The notes under the pieces are model-generated. The model was given only the letters and a program-made list of their open reading frames with translations, was not told the DNA's origin and did not search any database. A DNA stretch of 64,000 nt from Candidatus Magasanikiibacteriota bacterium (lineage in GTDB: Bacteria; Patescibacteriota; Patescibacteriia; Magasanikbacterales; UBA922). The translations under genes and the position numbers were made by a program. Shown piece by piece: positions 19,999 to 30,239 of the stretch. Numbering within the stretch: position 1 is the stretch's first letter; every line of letters begins with the position of its first letter. The stretch spans positions 175,926 to 239,925 of the forward strand of contig JACPSK010000001.1 in the NCBI GenBank assembly GCA_016193335.1, given 5' to 3'.

Positions 19999-20714
19999 AG
20001 AGCGCTCGAGTGAATTACATGGTTATCTTTTCCAAAGCGTTCTTTTAATAAGTGCTCGGCTCTGATCAAATCTTCTTTGCTTGAAATCCCTCCTATCACA
20101 TCCTTGGCCACAACCGCCACCATACGCCTTTTTTTCGCGAGCTGATCAACCATACTGCTCAGATAATATTCATCGTTCGCCCCAGACTGCGGTTCATAGT
20201 CAAAAATGTCTTTATCCAAAACCATCAAGCCACCCACGATAAGACCATGGAAAAGATGCTGCGGTTTTTCGATCACGCTCAGAATCGTGCCGTCCTCCCC
20301 GGTAATAACAACTCCATGGTTCCAAGGATCGTTCACTTCACAACACAAAATGCTCAAAGGATATTTCAAACAAGCATCAAAATCAGCCCGCCTTGGCAAT
20401 TCATCTCCATACAGCAACACAAAGCGATCATCTCCAATAAAGGGTTTGGCGGCCAAAAAACTATAAGCGGTTCCGAGCGCCGATCCTTCGACATAACTAA
20501 TGGAACAGCCGTGAAACACGGAACCGCAATATTCACGGATTTGTTCACCCAGATAATGCACCACTATGACGGCTTCAGTGATTTCTTCGGGAAAAGATAA
20601 AAAAATATGATCCAAAAAAGTTTTGCCTGCCACAGACAGCAAAGGTTTAGGCGTCTTGAGCGTAAGCGGCCTCATGCGTTTTCCCTCTCCGGCCGCGAGT
20701 ATAACGGCTTTCAT
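19995..20714 (-). CDS. Sugar-phosphate nucleotidyltransferase (candidate heptose-1-P nucleotidyltransferase, HddC role)
   Basis: MKAVILAAGEGKRMRPLT..PKPLL; overlaps the hddA start. Confidence 0.85.
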   Translation of the reverse strand: MKAVILAAGEGKRMRPLTLKTPKPLLSVAGKTFLDHIFLSFPEEITEAVIVVHYLGEQIREYCGSVFHGCSISYVEGSALGTAYSFLAAKPFIGDDRFVLLYGDELPRRADFDACLKYPLSILCCEVNDPWNHGVVITGEDGTILSVIEKPQHLFHGLIVGGLMVLDKDIFDYEPQSGANDEYYLSSMVDQLAKKRRMVAVVAKDVIGGISSKEDLIRAEHLLKERFGKDNHVIHSSAL

Positions 20715-21643
20715 ATTCCTTTTGTGATAATTTTTTCGCGGATCACATACGGTGTTTGTTTGCTTGTTTCAAAATACATGCGCAACATCATCTCGGCGAG
20801 CAGACCGAGCATAACAAACAAAATGGCAGACAAGACAAAAAAAATGCTTAGAATGGGAAGAGGCGTCTGACCAAAATTACGCAAGTCCGCAAGTTTTAAG
20901 TACAAAGCCAATACGGCGACTATAAATCCGATCACGAATGAAACAAAACCGATACTGCCGAAAAACACGAGAGGTCTGCCGGTCATCGCGAGCAAAAACT
21001 TCACCGTGGCCAAATCAAAAAGATTTTTAACCGCTTTCATGAAATAATGCTTGGACAAACCAAACTTGCGTTCGTGATGACGCACGGGCACTTCCGCAAC
21101 CCGGGCTCCGCGACCATGAAGGTAAGCGGGCAAAAACACATGCATCTCACCATAAAGACGCACCCCTTGAATAACTTCTTTTCGGTATGCTTTCATGGCG
21201 CAGGCAGAATCATGCAAAGCCAAGCCGCTCACTTTGGCCGTAAGCCAATTAGCGAACCTGGACAAAATTTTTCTGTTCATCGAATCTTGTCTGTCCTTAC
21301 GCCAACCGGAAACCACGTCATAGCCTTCTCTCATTTTCGCGACTAAGACCGGAATATCGGCAGGGTCATTTTGCAAATCTCCGTCCATGGTTATGATAAT
21401 ATCGCCCTTGGCCTCGTGAATTCCGGCGTCTAACGCCGAAGTCTGTCCAAAATCCATGCTCAAGGCGAGAATACATACCTCCGGGAGCATTTTTAGTTGC
21501 TGAACCGTGTCATCGGTAGAACCGTCATCTATAAATATAATCTCAAAAATGTCGGCCACTCGTTTCATGGAATCGAGAATTTTTTCGTGCAGCAACTTGA
21601 CATTATCACGTTCATTGTATACTGGTATCACGATTGAAATCAT
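20711..21643 (-). CDS. GT2 polyprenyl-phosphate glycosyltransferase (ArnC/GtrB-like)
   Basis: IPVYNE, DDGSTD, FGQT, MDGDLQNDP, two C-terminal TMs. Confidence 0.9.
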   Translation of the reverse strand: MISIVIPVYNERDNVKLLHEKILDSMKRVADIFEIIFIDDGSTDDTVQQLKMLPEVCILALSMDFGQTSALDAGIHEAKGDIIITMDGDLQNDPADIPVLVAKMREGYDVVSGWRKDRQDSMNRKILSRFANWLTAKVSGLALHDSACAMKAYRKEVIQGVRLYGEMHVFLPAYLHGRGARVAEVPVRHHERKFGLSKHYFMKAVKNLFDLATVKFLLAMTGRPLVFFGSIGFVSFVIGFIVAVLALYLKLADLRNFGQTPLPILSIFFVLSAILFVMLGLLAEMMLRMYFETSKQTPYVIREKIITKGI

Positions 21644-21818
21644 AAAAATCTAGAGATGGACTTTTGAATCAAAGTGTTATGTCCTCACCATAGCGCCTCG
21701 GCTTAGTATAGTGTAAAGGCTCCACTATTATCACTATTTTATAGAAAGACACAGCCAAAATTTCTCTCTACAAAGCCAAAATAAGTTAGCTCAAGTATAT
21801 ATGAATTGAGAGTCCATG

Positions 21819-22556
21819 TCAATCTTGCTTTTTACGGGCAACACACAAAAGACTGGTCCCAAACGGCATGGGGATACAACTATCCAAAAACAACAAAAAA
21901 TTAAGCACGTATTTCTTCATTGCAGAACCAAAACCTTTGGTACGAGGGCCTATCGGATAAGACCGTTTTAATATCCTGCTAAAAAGCAAACAAATAGGAA
22001 TTAAGGTAAAACCGAAATAACGCAAGATACGTATCTCTAGGAGAGATTGTGAATTGATGAGACGGCGGAGTGTCAATTTTGAATAACGCCGGAAATGGCC
22101 CAATTCTCTGTCATGATACCCAAAAAGAAACTCCAGGGCGGGAACGGTAACAATAAGCATGCCCCCCGGCTTGACTAGTCTCGATAATTTCGCAAGGGCA
22201 GAATAATCGGCCTCAATATGTTCCAGAACATCGGTGGCTATAACACAGTCGTATTGATCCTTATCAGTGAAATTTTCGATAGAAGAGACTTCAAACACGC
22301 AGTCTTTTAAGCCCTTGCGCTCGGCAGCGGTCCTCGCGAGCCCTATATACTCTTCCGCCGGATCGATTCCGAACACACGGTGTCCCTTGTCTGAGAGTAA
22401 AAAAGACAGCTCTCCTGAACCGCATCCGGCATTCAAAATATGCAAAGATCTTTTGTCCTTCAGACAATCAGCTATCAAGCGATATTTCTTTTCGGCATAA
22501 GGATCCTGTTCTCTGATCAATAAATCCCGGTATTGATATTCATTATAATGATTCAT
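21819..22556 (-). CDS. Class I SAM-dependent methyltransferase
   Basis: LNAGCGSG, DVLEHI, VKPGG..IVTVPA, HD..GHFRRY. Confidence 0.9.
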   Translation of the reverse strand: MNHYNEYQYRDLLIREQDPYAEKKYRLIADCLKDKRSLHILNAGCGSGELSFLLSDKGHRVFGIDPAEEYIGLARTAAERKGLKDCVFEVSSIENFTDKDQYDCVIATDVLEHIEADYSALAKLSRLVKPGGMLIVTVPALEFLFGYHDRELGHFRRYSKLTLRRLINSQSLLEIRILRYFGFTLIPICLLFSRILKRSYPIGPRTKGFGSAMKKYVLNFLLFLDSCIPMPFGTSLLCVARKKQD

Positions 22557-22564
22557 AGTTGTAT

Positions 22565-24088
22565 TTACCAATAAGTATAAAACAATATTTGAAAGGCAAA
22601 ACTTTGAAATATGAGTAAGCACAAAAGCGAGGCGGATTTCGTTTCAGACTCTTGTTTGATCATAGAGGACAGTACCGGCAAAAACAATGGAAACACAAAA
22701 AGCCAGAGCCGCCCAACCTCACCCTGAAATATGCCTATGGCCAAAAGAAAAAGAACAAAAACATACCCTATATAATGATAATGTCGAGCCGTCTTATTTT
22801 TATCACGAAAACGCTGAAAAAAACCGGAAATATGCGCAATGCCCATGGCGATAGCAAAAGCAAGTATATTCATGAGGAAAAAAACCACATAGATTCCCAA
22901 GGAAGAAAAATTACTCTGCACTGTTTCGGAATTAGCGCCTCTCGCCGCGAGAAAATTTTCCAGTATCGAATAACCGGTCGAAACGTACAGAAAAGCAAAA
23001 AAACTCAGAAAAAAAACAAGACCAAGACTCAAATTCAGCGAAAAATCGTAAGCCGATCGTGTCGGATTATTTTTGTAATGCTTTTGCCATATGTGCCACA
23101 ACATATACAAAAAAACAGGAGCGACAAGCAAAAAAAGGAAATTCGAAAATAAAGCAAAAGCCGCGGCCAAACCGCCAAAGGCAGATCCAATCCGGGATGA
23201 TTTCCAGCCTTTGAGGCAGAGCCCCAAACTCAGCCATGTAATGAACAGAAAAAAAGCCTCAAGAGAACTCACGCTCATCAATACCAGGCCCGGAAAAAAA
23301 ATAAACAACTGAAGCGAAGATCTCAGGTCATTTTCATCCATGAATTCCCTCCAAAAAAGATAGATCGGAAAGACAGAAAGACCTGAAACCAAAGCCAAGA
23401 CAATGGCCACGCCCGGATATTCAAATTTGAAGAACTGCCGGAGCCCGTACAAAAACAAAATATAACCCGGCGGATGGGTGCTGCTGTGCCGCGCGTAAGA
23501 AAGATCGGGATCTGAAACGGTCGCGACATAATCATGGAGAAAACTCTTTGTATTTTCAATATGGGGAAGATAGCCAGTGTACTCCCAATAACTACGCGAT
23601 AAGGAATCCGTGACGCTCGCCCAACCCGAACGCATGCCGTTTATCCCCAAGCTAAACAGTGTAAATACAAAGGCCAAAACGGCCAAGTAAGGCCAAATTT
23701 TCCATTTTTTGAAATATTTCCGGAAGGCAAAAAATAAAAAAACGATAAAAACCGTGTACAAAACCCACCAGGGAGCCAAAATCTGCGGAGAAGGAAGGGC
23801 ATACATAATCAGTCTGTCTGCTATATACCCTTTATATGAGAGGCTGAGAACATATTTCCCCAAAACAACCAAGAACATTAAAAACATGCTGTAATAAAAT
23901 ATTTGCCGCGTTTCTTTTTCTTTCCAAAAAAAATGATGGTAAACAAGGCAAAAAAGTATGGTTGCCAATGTCAAAATAAGGCCGGCCCAGAGCACAGACT
24001 CAGCCTTTTCATAGAGCGCCAGACGGTACTCCTCCCCGAACAGCGATGAAATGAGATTCAGAAATATACTCTTAAAATAGTCCGCCAT
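22565..24088 (-). CDS. Polytopic membrane protein, probable GT-C glycosyltransferase
   Basis: Multiple TMs; THPPG motif; GEVGRLW late loop. Confidence 0.55.
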   Translation of the reverse strand: MADYFKSIFLNLISSLFGEEYRLALYEKAESVLWAGLILTLATILFCLVYHHFFWKEKETRQIFYYSMFLMFLVVLGKYVLSLSYKGYIADRLIMYALPSPQILAPWWVLYTVFIVFLFFAFRKYFKKWKIWPYLAVLAFVFTLFSLGINGMRSGWASVTDSLSRSYWEYTGYLPHIENTKSFLHDYVATVSDPDLSYARHSSTHPPGYILFLYGLRQFFKFEYPGVAIVLALVSGLSVFPIYLFWREFMDENDLRSSLQLFIFFPGLVLMSVSSLEAFFLFITWLSLGLCLKGWKSSRIGSAFGGLAAAFALFSNFLFLLVAPVFLYMLWHIWQKHYKNNPTRSAYDFSLNLSLGLVFFLSFFAFLYVSTGYSILENFLAARGANSETVQSNFSSLGIYVVFFLMNILAFAIAMGIAHISGFFQRFRDKNKTARHYHYIGYVFVLFLLAIGIFQGEVGRLWLFVFPLFLPVLSSMIKQESETKSASLLCLLIFQSFAFQILFYTYW

Positions 24089-24094
24089 AAAATG

Positions 24095-25231
24095 CTAGAG
24101 TCTGATAAAATCTGCGATGTTTCTCGCCCGCGCAGGCCATCCGTACAAGCTCCGGGCTTTCAATTGTAATGTGTTCGCCGCCTTCTCGCGCTCAGCAAAA
24201 TGCTTAAAGACCTGCTCAATCGCTTCTGCCAAAGAGGCCGGGTCATCCGGCTTAAAAAAAACCGCTTCTTCGTCGCTAAGCACTTCTCGAAGCGAAGGTA
24301 TATCTGAACAAATCATTGGTCTTCCGGAAACCATATACTCGAACAATTTGAGAGGAGAAGTATAATGCGTGCTAATGCGCTGTTTGGCGCTGTTTGGGAG
24401 TACCAAAATATCCGCCGCTTTCTGCCAAAAAGGCATCTCCCTTTGAGGCCTCCAACCCACAATATGCAGCCGATCAGACTGGTAAGCTTTCCTAAAACGT
24501 ACAATATCCTCTTGCGTTCCGCCTACAAAATAAATATGAATGTCAGAAGGAAGCAAAGACGCGGATTCTGCCAGAGTATCCGCCCCTTTCCAGCCGTACA
24601 AATGACCTGTATACACCAACATTCTTTCTTGTTTACCTATGCCTAATTTTTCTCTGCATGAATCTCTGGGTTCTGGTATGTCAAACATAGTCATGTCAAC
24701 CGCGTCACGGGCGATCAAAATAGAATTCGGATTAACGCCTTGTGCCACCAAATCGTTTTTAAGGCCCTGACTTATGACTACGAATGAGCTAAGATTCCGC
24801 CAAATTCTGTTATATAATTTCGGAGTCTTTTTTTCGGGCAAAGAATGAATCTCAAAAACTACCGGTTTCTCTCCGGAACGACTCAGCCAATCGGCGAGAA
24901 ATTGATCTCTCGTGTAATATAATTCAAGACCAGACTTTTTTAAATATCGTTTTAAAAAATAAAAAAAAGAGAGACTCTCCAAAAAAAAACCAAAAGGGCC
25001 CAAGGCGCACAGACTAACGAAGTCGAGACAGGGCAAACGCAGAATCGAAAAAGAATCTTTGACGCCATAAAATTCAAAAGGATCCGACTTTATGCTGTTC
25101 AAACGCTTCGGTACTATGAGCGTCACGTCAAGCCCGCACTCAGAAAGGCCTTCGCAGGTCTTCATAATCTGGACTCCATGAGCTTTTTCAGTTGGGAGCC
25201 GTATATTGGCTATATAAGCGACTTTGGTCAT
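24095..25231 (-). CDS. GT4 glycosyltransferase
   Basis: TEKAHGVQI, YTGHLYGWKG, SPLKLFEYM. Confidence 0.9.
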   Translation of the reverse strand: MTKVAYIANIRLPTEKAHGVQIMKTCEGLSECGLDVTLIVPKRLNSIKSDPFEFYGVKDSFSILRLPCLDFVSLCALGPFGFFLESLSFFYFLKRYLKKSGLELYYTRDQFLADWLSRSGEKPVVFEIHSLPEKKTPKLYNRIWRNLSSFVVISQGLKNDLVAQGVNPNSILIARDAVDMTMFDIPEPRDSCREKLGIGKQERMLVYTGHLYGWKGADTLAESASLLPSDIHIYFVGGTQEDIVRFRKAYQSDRLHIVGWRPQREMPFWQKAADILVLPNSAKQRISTHYTSPLKLFEYMVSGRPMICSDIPSLREVLSDEEAVFFKPDDPASLAEAIEQVFKHFAEREKAANTLQLKARSLYGWPARARNIADFIRL

Positions 25232-25236
25232 ACATC

Positions 25237-27105
25237 TTATTTTTTGATATAGGTATCGTACCAGAGCTGCCACATAAAGGCGGCGTATAGTATGTTAACA
25301 TGATAGGCTTTTGAATGCACATGTTCCTCAAATAATATATTCAGGGCTTTGGGATCAAAAAAATCAGTGTTAAGATGACCGGGAGAAATGATGTCCCCCA
25401 CAAAATCCCGCAGTTCATGCCGCATCCATTTTGCCATGGGAGTAAACCAGCCTCTTTTTTTCTGGTTCAAAACTCGCTCGGGAATATAAGATTTCAAGGT
25501 CTCCCTCCAAATATCTTTTCCTTTAAACATAGACGGAGCCAAGGGAGACAGATGCATTTTCCAAACGCTCGGAATTTTTGCCGCAAATTCCACCAAGTGT
25601 TTATCAAGTATGGGGACTCGTTCTTCCAAACCCCAGGCCATAGTCATGGCGTCTGTGCGAAACAAAGATTCATCCACCAGCCAACTCTGCCGGTCCACGT
25701 TCATCAGATGTTTTTCCAAGTCTTCCTCTCCTTTCAATTCTTCTCCAAAACGTTCCGCAAGATGCCGGGCCACCCCGTTCGGCCGAAAAACATTCGCAGC
25801 CAAAGTACCCTTCGCCAGGCTTGTTTTTTGGCAAAAAAAAGCGAGCCAGCGTTCCATTCCGGTCCTAGCTCCTAGCTTTTTAAGCACATGCTGTTTTCCG
25901 GTAAGTCGTAAAAAATTCTCGAATGAACGCCTGAAAAAATGAGGGAGCCGATAATAATGGCTCAAAAGAAAACTGTAGTAATATCTCGGGTATCCTCCGA
26001 ACAATTCGTCTCCCCCGTCTCCGCCCAAAACAACCGCCACTTCTTGCTTGGCCGCGCGGGAAAGCAAAAATTGGGCGAAAGCGGTGGGGTTGGCGTTTGG
26101 TTCCCCCAGGTGAGAAACCACGTGCGCGCTATGTTCCAACACATCCCGGGCCGAAATTCTGGTTTCAAAATGTTCGGTGCCATAGTACGCGGCGCTGAGT
26201 TTCGCCAGCAAAAAATCCGCGTTGAATTTTTTTGATTCTGGATGATCAATTTCAAAACCCACTGAAAATGTCTTTATCTTGCCGCGTGCCGATTCTGATA
26301 CTGCCCCGAGCACTGCCGTTGAATCAATGCCTCCGCTCAAAAAAATGCCAAGAGGCCGATCCGAAACCAGCTGGCGTCTTATGCTCTCCTTAAACAAAAA
26401 TAAAATCTGTTCCCGAGCCTCTTTTCTCGTTAATGACGTATCGACAAAATCGTCTACTTGCCAATACCTAAGAATAGATAAACGCTTGTTCGCGTCCAAT
26501 CTGAGATAATGCGCGGCCGGCAATTTTTTTATTCCCTCAAACATGGTGAGCGGTTCGGGGATATAGAGAATCTGAGCATACATATTGAAAGCCACAGGGT
26601 CCACGCTACGAGGTACTCCATGCTCCAATATTCCCTTAATTTCAGAAGAAAAAATGAAGCGCGTATTATCAAAATAATAATACAAAGGTTTAATCCCCAT
26701 CTGGTCGCGCGCGAGCCAGAGATCTCCGGTTCGTTTGTCCCAGATGGCGAAAGCGAACATGCCGTTGAAACGTTTTAAACAATCAATCCCCCACTCCCGA
26801 TACGCGTATAAAACCACTTCAGTATCGCTTTCTGACCGAAAGGAATACCGTGTTTTCAGTTCTTCACGAATTTCTTTGAAGTTGTAAAGTTCTCCATTGT
26901 ACACAATGACGATCTCCTTCTTTTCATCCCACATAGGCTGGCTCGCCCGTTCGGATAAATCTATGATAGCCAGACGATTGAACCCAAAAGAGACAGCCTG
27001 CTCGGCGAAAAAATCATTTTGATCAGGGCCGCGATGCCTGGTTATGTGATTCATGCGCTGAATCAATTCCGGGCCGTAAAAATTAAAACCATTTATGCCA
27101 CACAT
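25237..27105 (-). CDS. asnB: Asparagine synthase (glutamine-hydrolysing) family, probable glycan amidotransferase
   Basis: MCGI N-terminal Cys, HRGPD, NGELYN, SDTEV, LSGGIDS, GDGGDELFGGY. Confidence 0.92.
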   Translation of the reverse strand: MCGINGFNFYGPELIQRMNHITRHRGPDQNDFFAEQAVSFGFNRLAIIDLSERASQPMWDEKKEIVIVYNGELYNFKEIREELKTRYSFRSESDTEVVLYAYREWGIDCLKRFNGMFAFAIWDKRTGDLWLARDQMGIKPLYYYFDNTRFIFSSEIKGILEHGVPRSVDPVAFNMYAQILYIPEPLTMFEGIKKLPAAHYLRLDANKRLSILRYWQVDDFVDTSLTRKEAREQILFLFKESIRRQLVSDRPLGIFLSGGIDSTAVLGAVSESARGKIKTFSVGFEIDHPESKKFNADFLLAKLSAAYYGTEHFETRISARDVLEHSAHVVSHLGEPNANPTAFAQFLLSRAAKQEVAVVLGGDGGDELFGGYPRYYYSFLLSHYYRLPHFFRRSFENFLRLTGKQHVLKKLGARTGMERWLAFFCQKTSLAKGTLAANVFRPNGVARHLAERFGEELKGEEDLEKHLMNVDRQSWLVDESLFRTDAMTMAWGLEERVPILDKHLVEFAAKIPSVWKMHLSPLAPSMFKGKDIWRETLKSYIPERVLNQKKRGWFTPMAKWMRHELRDFVGDIISPGHLNTDFFDPKALNILFEEHVHSKAYHVNILYAAFMWQLWYDTYIKK

Positions 27106-27145
27106 ATGTTTCTGAAGACATCAAAACGAATAATGACCTGCCTTG

Positions 27146-28807
27146 TCAATTTAAACGACGGATAATAATCTCAGGCCCAAGCTGTCGAGTTCTCAACAGA
27201 TTCGGCAAGCCGCCGTTAAACCCGTCGGTAAAAGGCAGGCCTTCCGGCGTCTCATCTCCGTGAATGTATTCCAGTTCGGCCCCTGAGGCGAGAAAGGAGG
27301 AATCAGCTTTTTTGCTCAATAAAAATTCAGGGTTAAAAACAATATATTCATATCCCTGGGTTTCCAGATAGTCGGACAAATGAGCAAAAAAAGAAGAATC
27401 GGAAACCGCTTCCAGATTCAAAGCATGAAATGCTTTTCTATTTTGTTGAGTCATTGTCAATTGCTTTTCGGCCTTATCCGCGTTCCGCAAGGCTTGGGGC
27501 TGGATGGATTCGAGCTCCATAACCGCAGATGGGAGACCGGGCAAGCGAGTAAGCGGAGCAAGGACAGCAATCTTACTGCCGCCAGAAACCTCTCTGTATA
27601 TCCAATCCAAGGCCTGAATTCTGGAGTCATTTCGCAAAAACAGCAGATCGAGATAGAGAAGCGGCGCAATCATCAAAGCTATGAGAGAGAAAACAAGGAA
27701 AAACTGAAATCTTCTTCTAAGTCGCTGAGATATACACCATAACCCAAATCCGGCACATAAAGCAAATAGAGGATAAAAAGGAAGAATGTAGCGATCCATG
27801 TTGAGAAACGAATAATAAAATATGGCGACATACGAAGCCAAAAAAATAATCCCGACAAAAAAAAGACGTTTATACTTTTGAAAACCGGCCAAGGCTCCAA
27901 AAAATGCAAAAACAGAAAGCAAAGGATCCCCCTTTATCACACTCCGTATATACATCCAATAATCGTGGAACAAACCGCTCAATGTTTTGTGATAAAAAAT
28001 AGAGTCAGGCGCGTTTCTCGCCACAAAGAAAGGCTGGGGCCATAATACATATACCAGTAACACCAAACAAACAAAGACTGCTATCGACCCCCAAAACCAT
28101 AACGTCTTGACATCTTTGAACAAAGACCGCCGATCATAGATCAGATACCAAAGCACGATAAAAAGCGCTGTCAGACCCATTTGGGGAGCTATACCCACCC
28201 CCATGCCGCTCAGAATTGCCGACACGAAATAGCGTTTGGCAGAAGGCCATTCTTCATGGAGCAAGACGAGCATAAGCGCGGATAACAAAAAAGCCGCATA
28301 TATCCAATGCCGGGCCCAGTGGGAAAAATTACTGTGCAAAAATGATAGGGCCAAAAAACCGGCCGCGTAGAGAGCCATGGTCTTGTTCTTGAACAGACGA
28401 AGGCCCAGCGCGTAGCTGAGGTACACGGTTCCCGTGCCGACCAGAACCGCCAAAAAACGCGCCATCAAAAAAAATGCCGAAGGGTCACTGCGCATCAAAA
28501 GACTTAGAGTGTTTACATCCACACCTTTTATGAAAAAACTGATGCCGATATATGCCAAAAAGGGAAACAGGTACAAATAAGAGATAAAAGGAGTGTAATA
28601 AAATGTTAAAGCGAACACTTCTCTATGCGCAGCTGGAATTATGGTCTTGAGTTCCAACATTTTAAGAGCACCAAAGATCAATGTTGGTTCATCTCCGACG
28701 AGCCAGAGTGGCAAGCCGAAACCGATGCCCGTGAGTCGAATGATAAAGGCGACAATGAGGATAGCCACAATGAGCGCCTGGGGATACTTGTTTAAGATAC
28801 TTCTCAT
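27146..28807 (-). CDS. ArnT/PMT-like (GT39-type) GT-C glycosyltransferase
   Basis: GDE motif after TM1, ARFL, RYILP, many TMs. Confidence 0.72.
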   Translation of the reverse strand: MRSILNKYPQALIVAILIVAFIIRLTGIGFGLPLWLVGDEPTLIFGALKMLELKTIIPAAHREVFALTFYYTPFISYLYLFPFLAYIGISFFIKGVDVNTLSLLMRSDPSAFFLMARFLAVLVGTGTVYLSYALGLRLFKNKTMALYAAGFLALSFLHSNFSHWARHWIYAAFLLSALMLVLLHEEWPSAKRYFVSAILSGMGVGIAPQMGLTALFIVLWYLIYDRRSLFKDVKTLWFWGSIAVFVCLVLLVYVLWPQPFFVARNAPDSIFYHKTLSGLFHDYWMYIRSVIKGDPLLSVFAFFGALAGFQKYKRLFFVGIIFLASYVAIFYYSFLNMDRYILPFYPLFALCAGFGLWCISQRLRRRFQFFLVFSLIALMIAPLLYLDLLFLRNDSRIQALDWIYREVSGGSKIAVLAPLTRLPGLPSAVMELESIQPQALRNADKAEKQLTMTQQNRKAFHALNLEAVSDSSFFAHLSDYLETQGYEYIVFNPEFLLSKKADSSFLASGAELEYIHGDETPEGLPFTDGFNGGLPNLLRTRQLGPEIIIRRLN

Positions 28808-28946
28808 ATGTATTCTCATGCATTTTGATTTAATGAAACCTTTTCCGTAATCACGGTATTGTGGTACCACTCGCTCCGAGCAGGCATCCACTATGGAAAT
28901 ATGCCTAAGCTATTCGAACAAAAGTCACAAATGGCCAAACACGATG

Positions 28947-29504
28947 TCATAGCAAGTCAGCATCAGGCCGTTTTAACCATTCTTCAAAACTCAAAGCAAC
29001 GCTGTCCCTTTCAGACACGATATAATCTGTCGCGCCAGGCCAGTTTATTTTGAGCAAGGGATCATTCCAAACGATACTGGCTTCAGCCGCCGGATTATAC
29101 AAAGATGTATAATGATAAGACATGAAGGCCTCCGAACCGAGCACTTGGAAACCGCAGGCAAAACCCGGCGAGGCATACAACTGTTTCTTGTTTTCTTCAC
29201 TTATCTCGATGCCGAACCATGCGCCAAAACTGGGCGATGATTTTCTAATATCCACAGCCACCACAAAAGCGGCTCCACGGGTGATCCTCATCAATTTGCC
29301 AAGCGGCTCTTTCCACTGAAAATGCAGCCCGCGTATAACTCCCCTTTTAGAATATGAACAATTTTCTTGGACAAAATCCAAATCTAAACCGCATTCTTTG
29401 AATTTATCTTTGTGAAACAATTCCATGAAATATCCCCGCGTATCTCTGAAGCAATTCGGCTCGATGACATAAAGACCTTCAAGTGGTTTTTCCAGTATGC
29501 GCAT
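28947..29504 (-). CDS. rmlC: dTDP-4-dehydrorhamnose 3,5-epimerase
   Basis: DTRGYFME, QEN.SYS.RGVIRGLHFQ, VAVDIR..SPSFG, WNDP. Confidence 0.93.
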   Translation of the reverse strand: MRILEKPLEGLYVIEPNCFRDTRGYFMELFHKDKFKECGLDLDFVQENCSYSKRGVIRGLHFQWKEPLGKLMRITRGAAFVVAVDIRKSSPSFGAWFGIEISEENKKQLYASPGFACGFQVLGSEAFMSYHYTSLYNPAAEASIVWNDPLLKINWPGATDYIVSERDSVALSFEEWLKRPDADLL

Positions 29505-29522
29505 ATATGTTAGGGGATAGTC

Positions 29523-29752
29523 CTAATACCATTGGCCTGAAGATTGTTTTTGATAATGGTCCTGAAATTCTCTGCGTCCCTTTATCTTAAGCCACCAATC
29601 TTTATGTTCAAGATACCATTCCACCACATCCCCCAAACTCTGGTCTATTGGCAAAGCTGGCGCCCATGTAAACTGAGATCTGAGCTTATCGCCATTCACG
29701 GCATAACGCGTGTCCGCTCCCGGACGGTCGCTGATATGTGTGGTATGTTCAG
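29523..29752 (-). pseudogene. rmlB: 3' remnant of dTDP-glucose 4,6-dehydratase
   Basis: DRPGADTRYAVNGDKLR..FTWAP...VVEWYLEHKDWW is the RmlB C-terminus; the rest is replaced by IS sequence. Confidence 0.75.
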
Positions 29753-29959
29753 CTACCGTGATACTGATCTCGATACGATCACCGCCGCCCAGATCAGACG
29801 CGTTGAAGACAAAATCAATAACCGACCAATGAAGTGTCTCAACTATCAAACTCCGAACGAGGCCTATGCAATTGAAATGAACAAAATTATGCCTAACCGC
29901 AATCTATGAAATTAATTTATTTTTTTATCCACAGGTTGCACTTGTAAATTGAATGTGGG
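29753..29959 (+). mobile_element. IS30-family remnant (transposase C-terminus and right end)
   Basis: DTDLDTITAAQIRRVEDKINNRPMKCLNYQTPNE matches the IS30 transposase C-terminus; followed by GGTTGCACTTGTAAATTGAATG, an IS30-like end; junctions approximate. Confidence 0.78.
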
Positions 29960-30228
29960 TAGTTTGATCGCCCACGAGCCTCAGCGGTTTTCAAGTATTC
30001 ACGGTCCTCGGTATTGTATAATTTTACCACTTCATCAAGGGTCAATGTTTCCCTGGTTTGAATAAGTCCGCAACGGATACATTTTACCATTGGCAAGCAA
30101 ACGCCATAATCTTTATCAGTGACTTTAAAAGTGGCGCACTCATATAAACTAACATACCGCTTAGCAAAGGATACAGGAGTTAGGTCACCTTGGCAAATTT
30201 CGCAATTGATACTCAGATTATTTGGCAT
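29960..30228 (-). pseudogene. 5' fragment of a Zn-ribbon-containing class I SAM methyltransferase, truncated by IS30
   Basis: CEIC...VKCIRCGLI...LYNTEDREY N-terminal module typical of glycan-cluster methyltransferases; reads into the IS end. Confidence 0.6.
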
Positions 30229-30239
30229 AGCGCTAAAAA

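Noticed and set aside
29544-29909. 121-aa plus-strand ORF and 108-aa minus-strand ORF as real genes
   Set aside because: Both are chimeric read-throughs across the rmlB/IS30 junction
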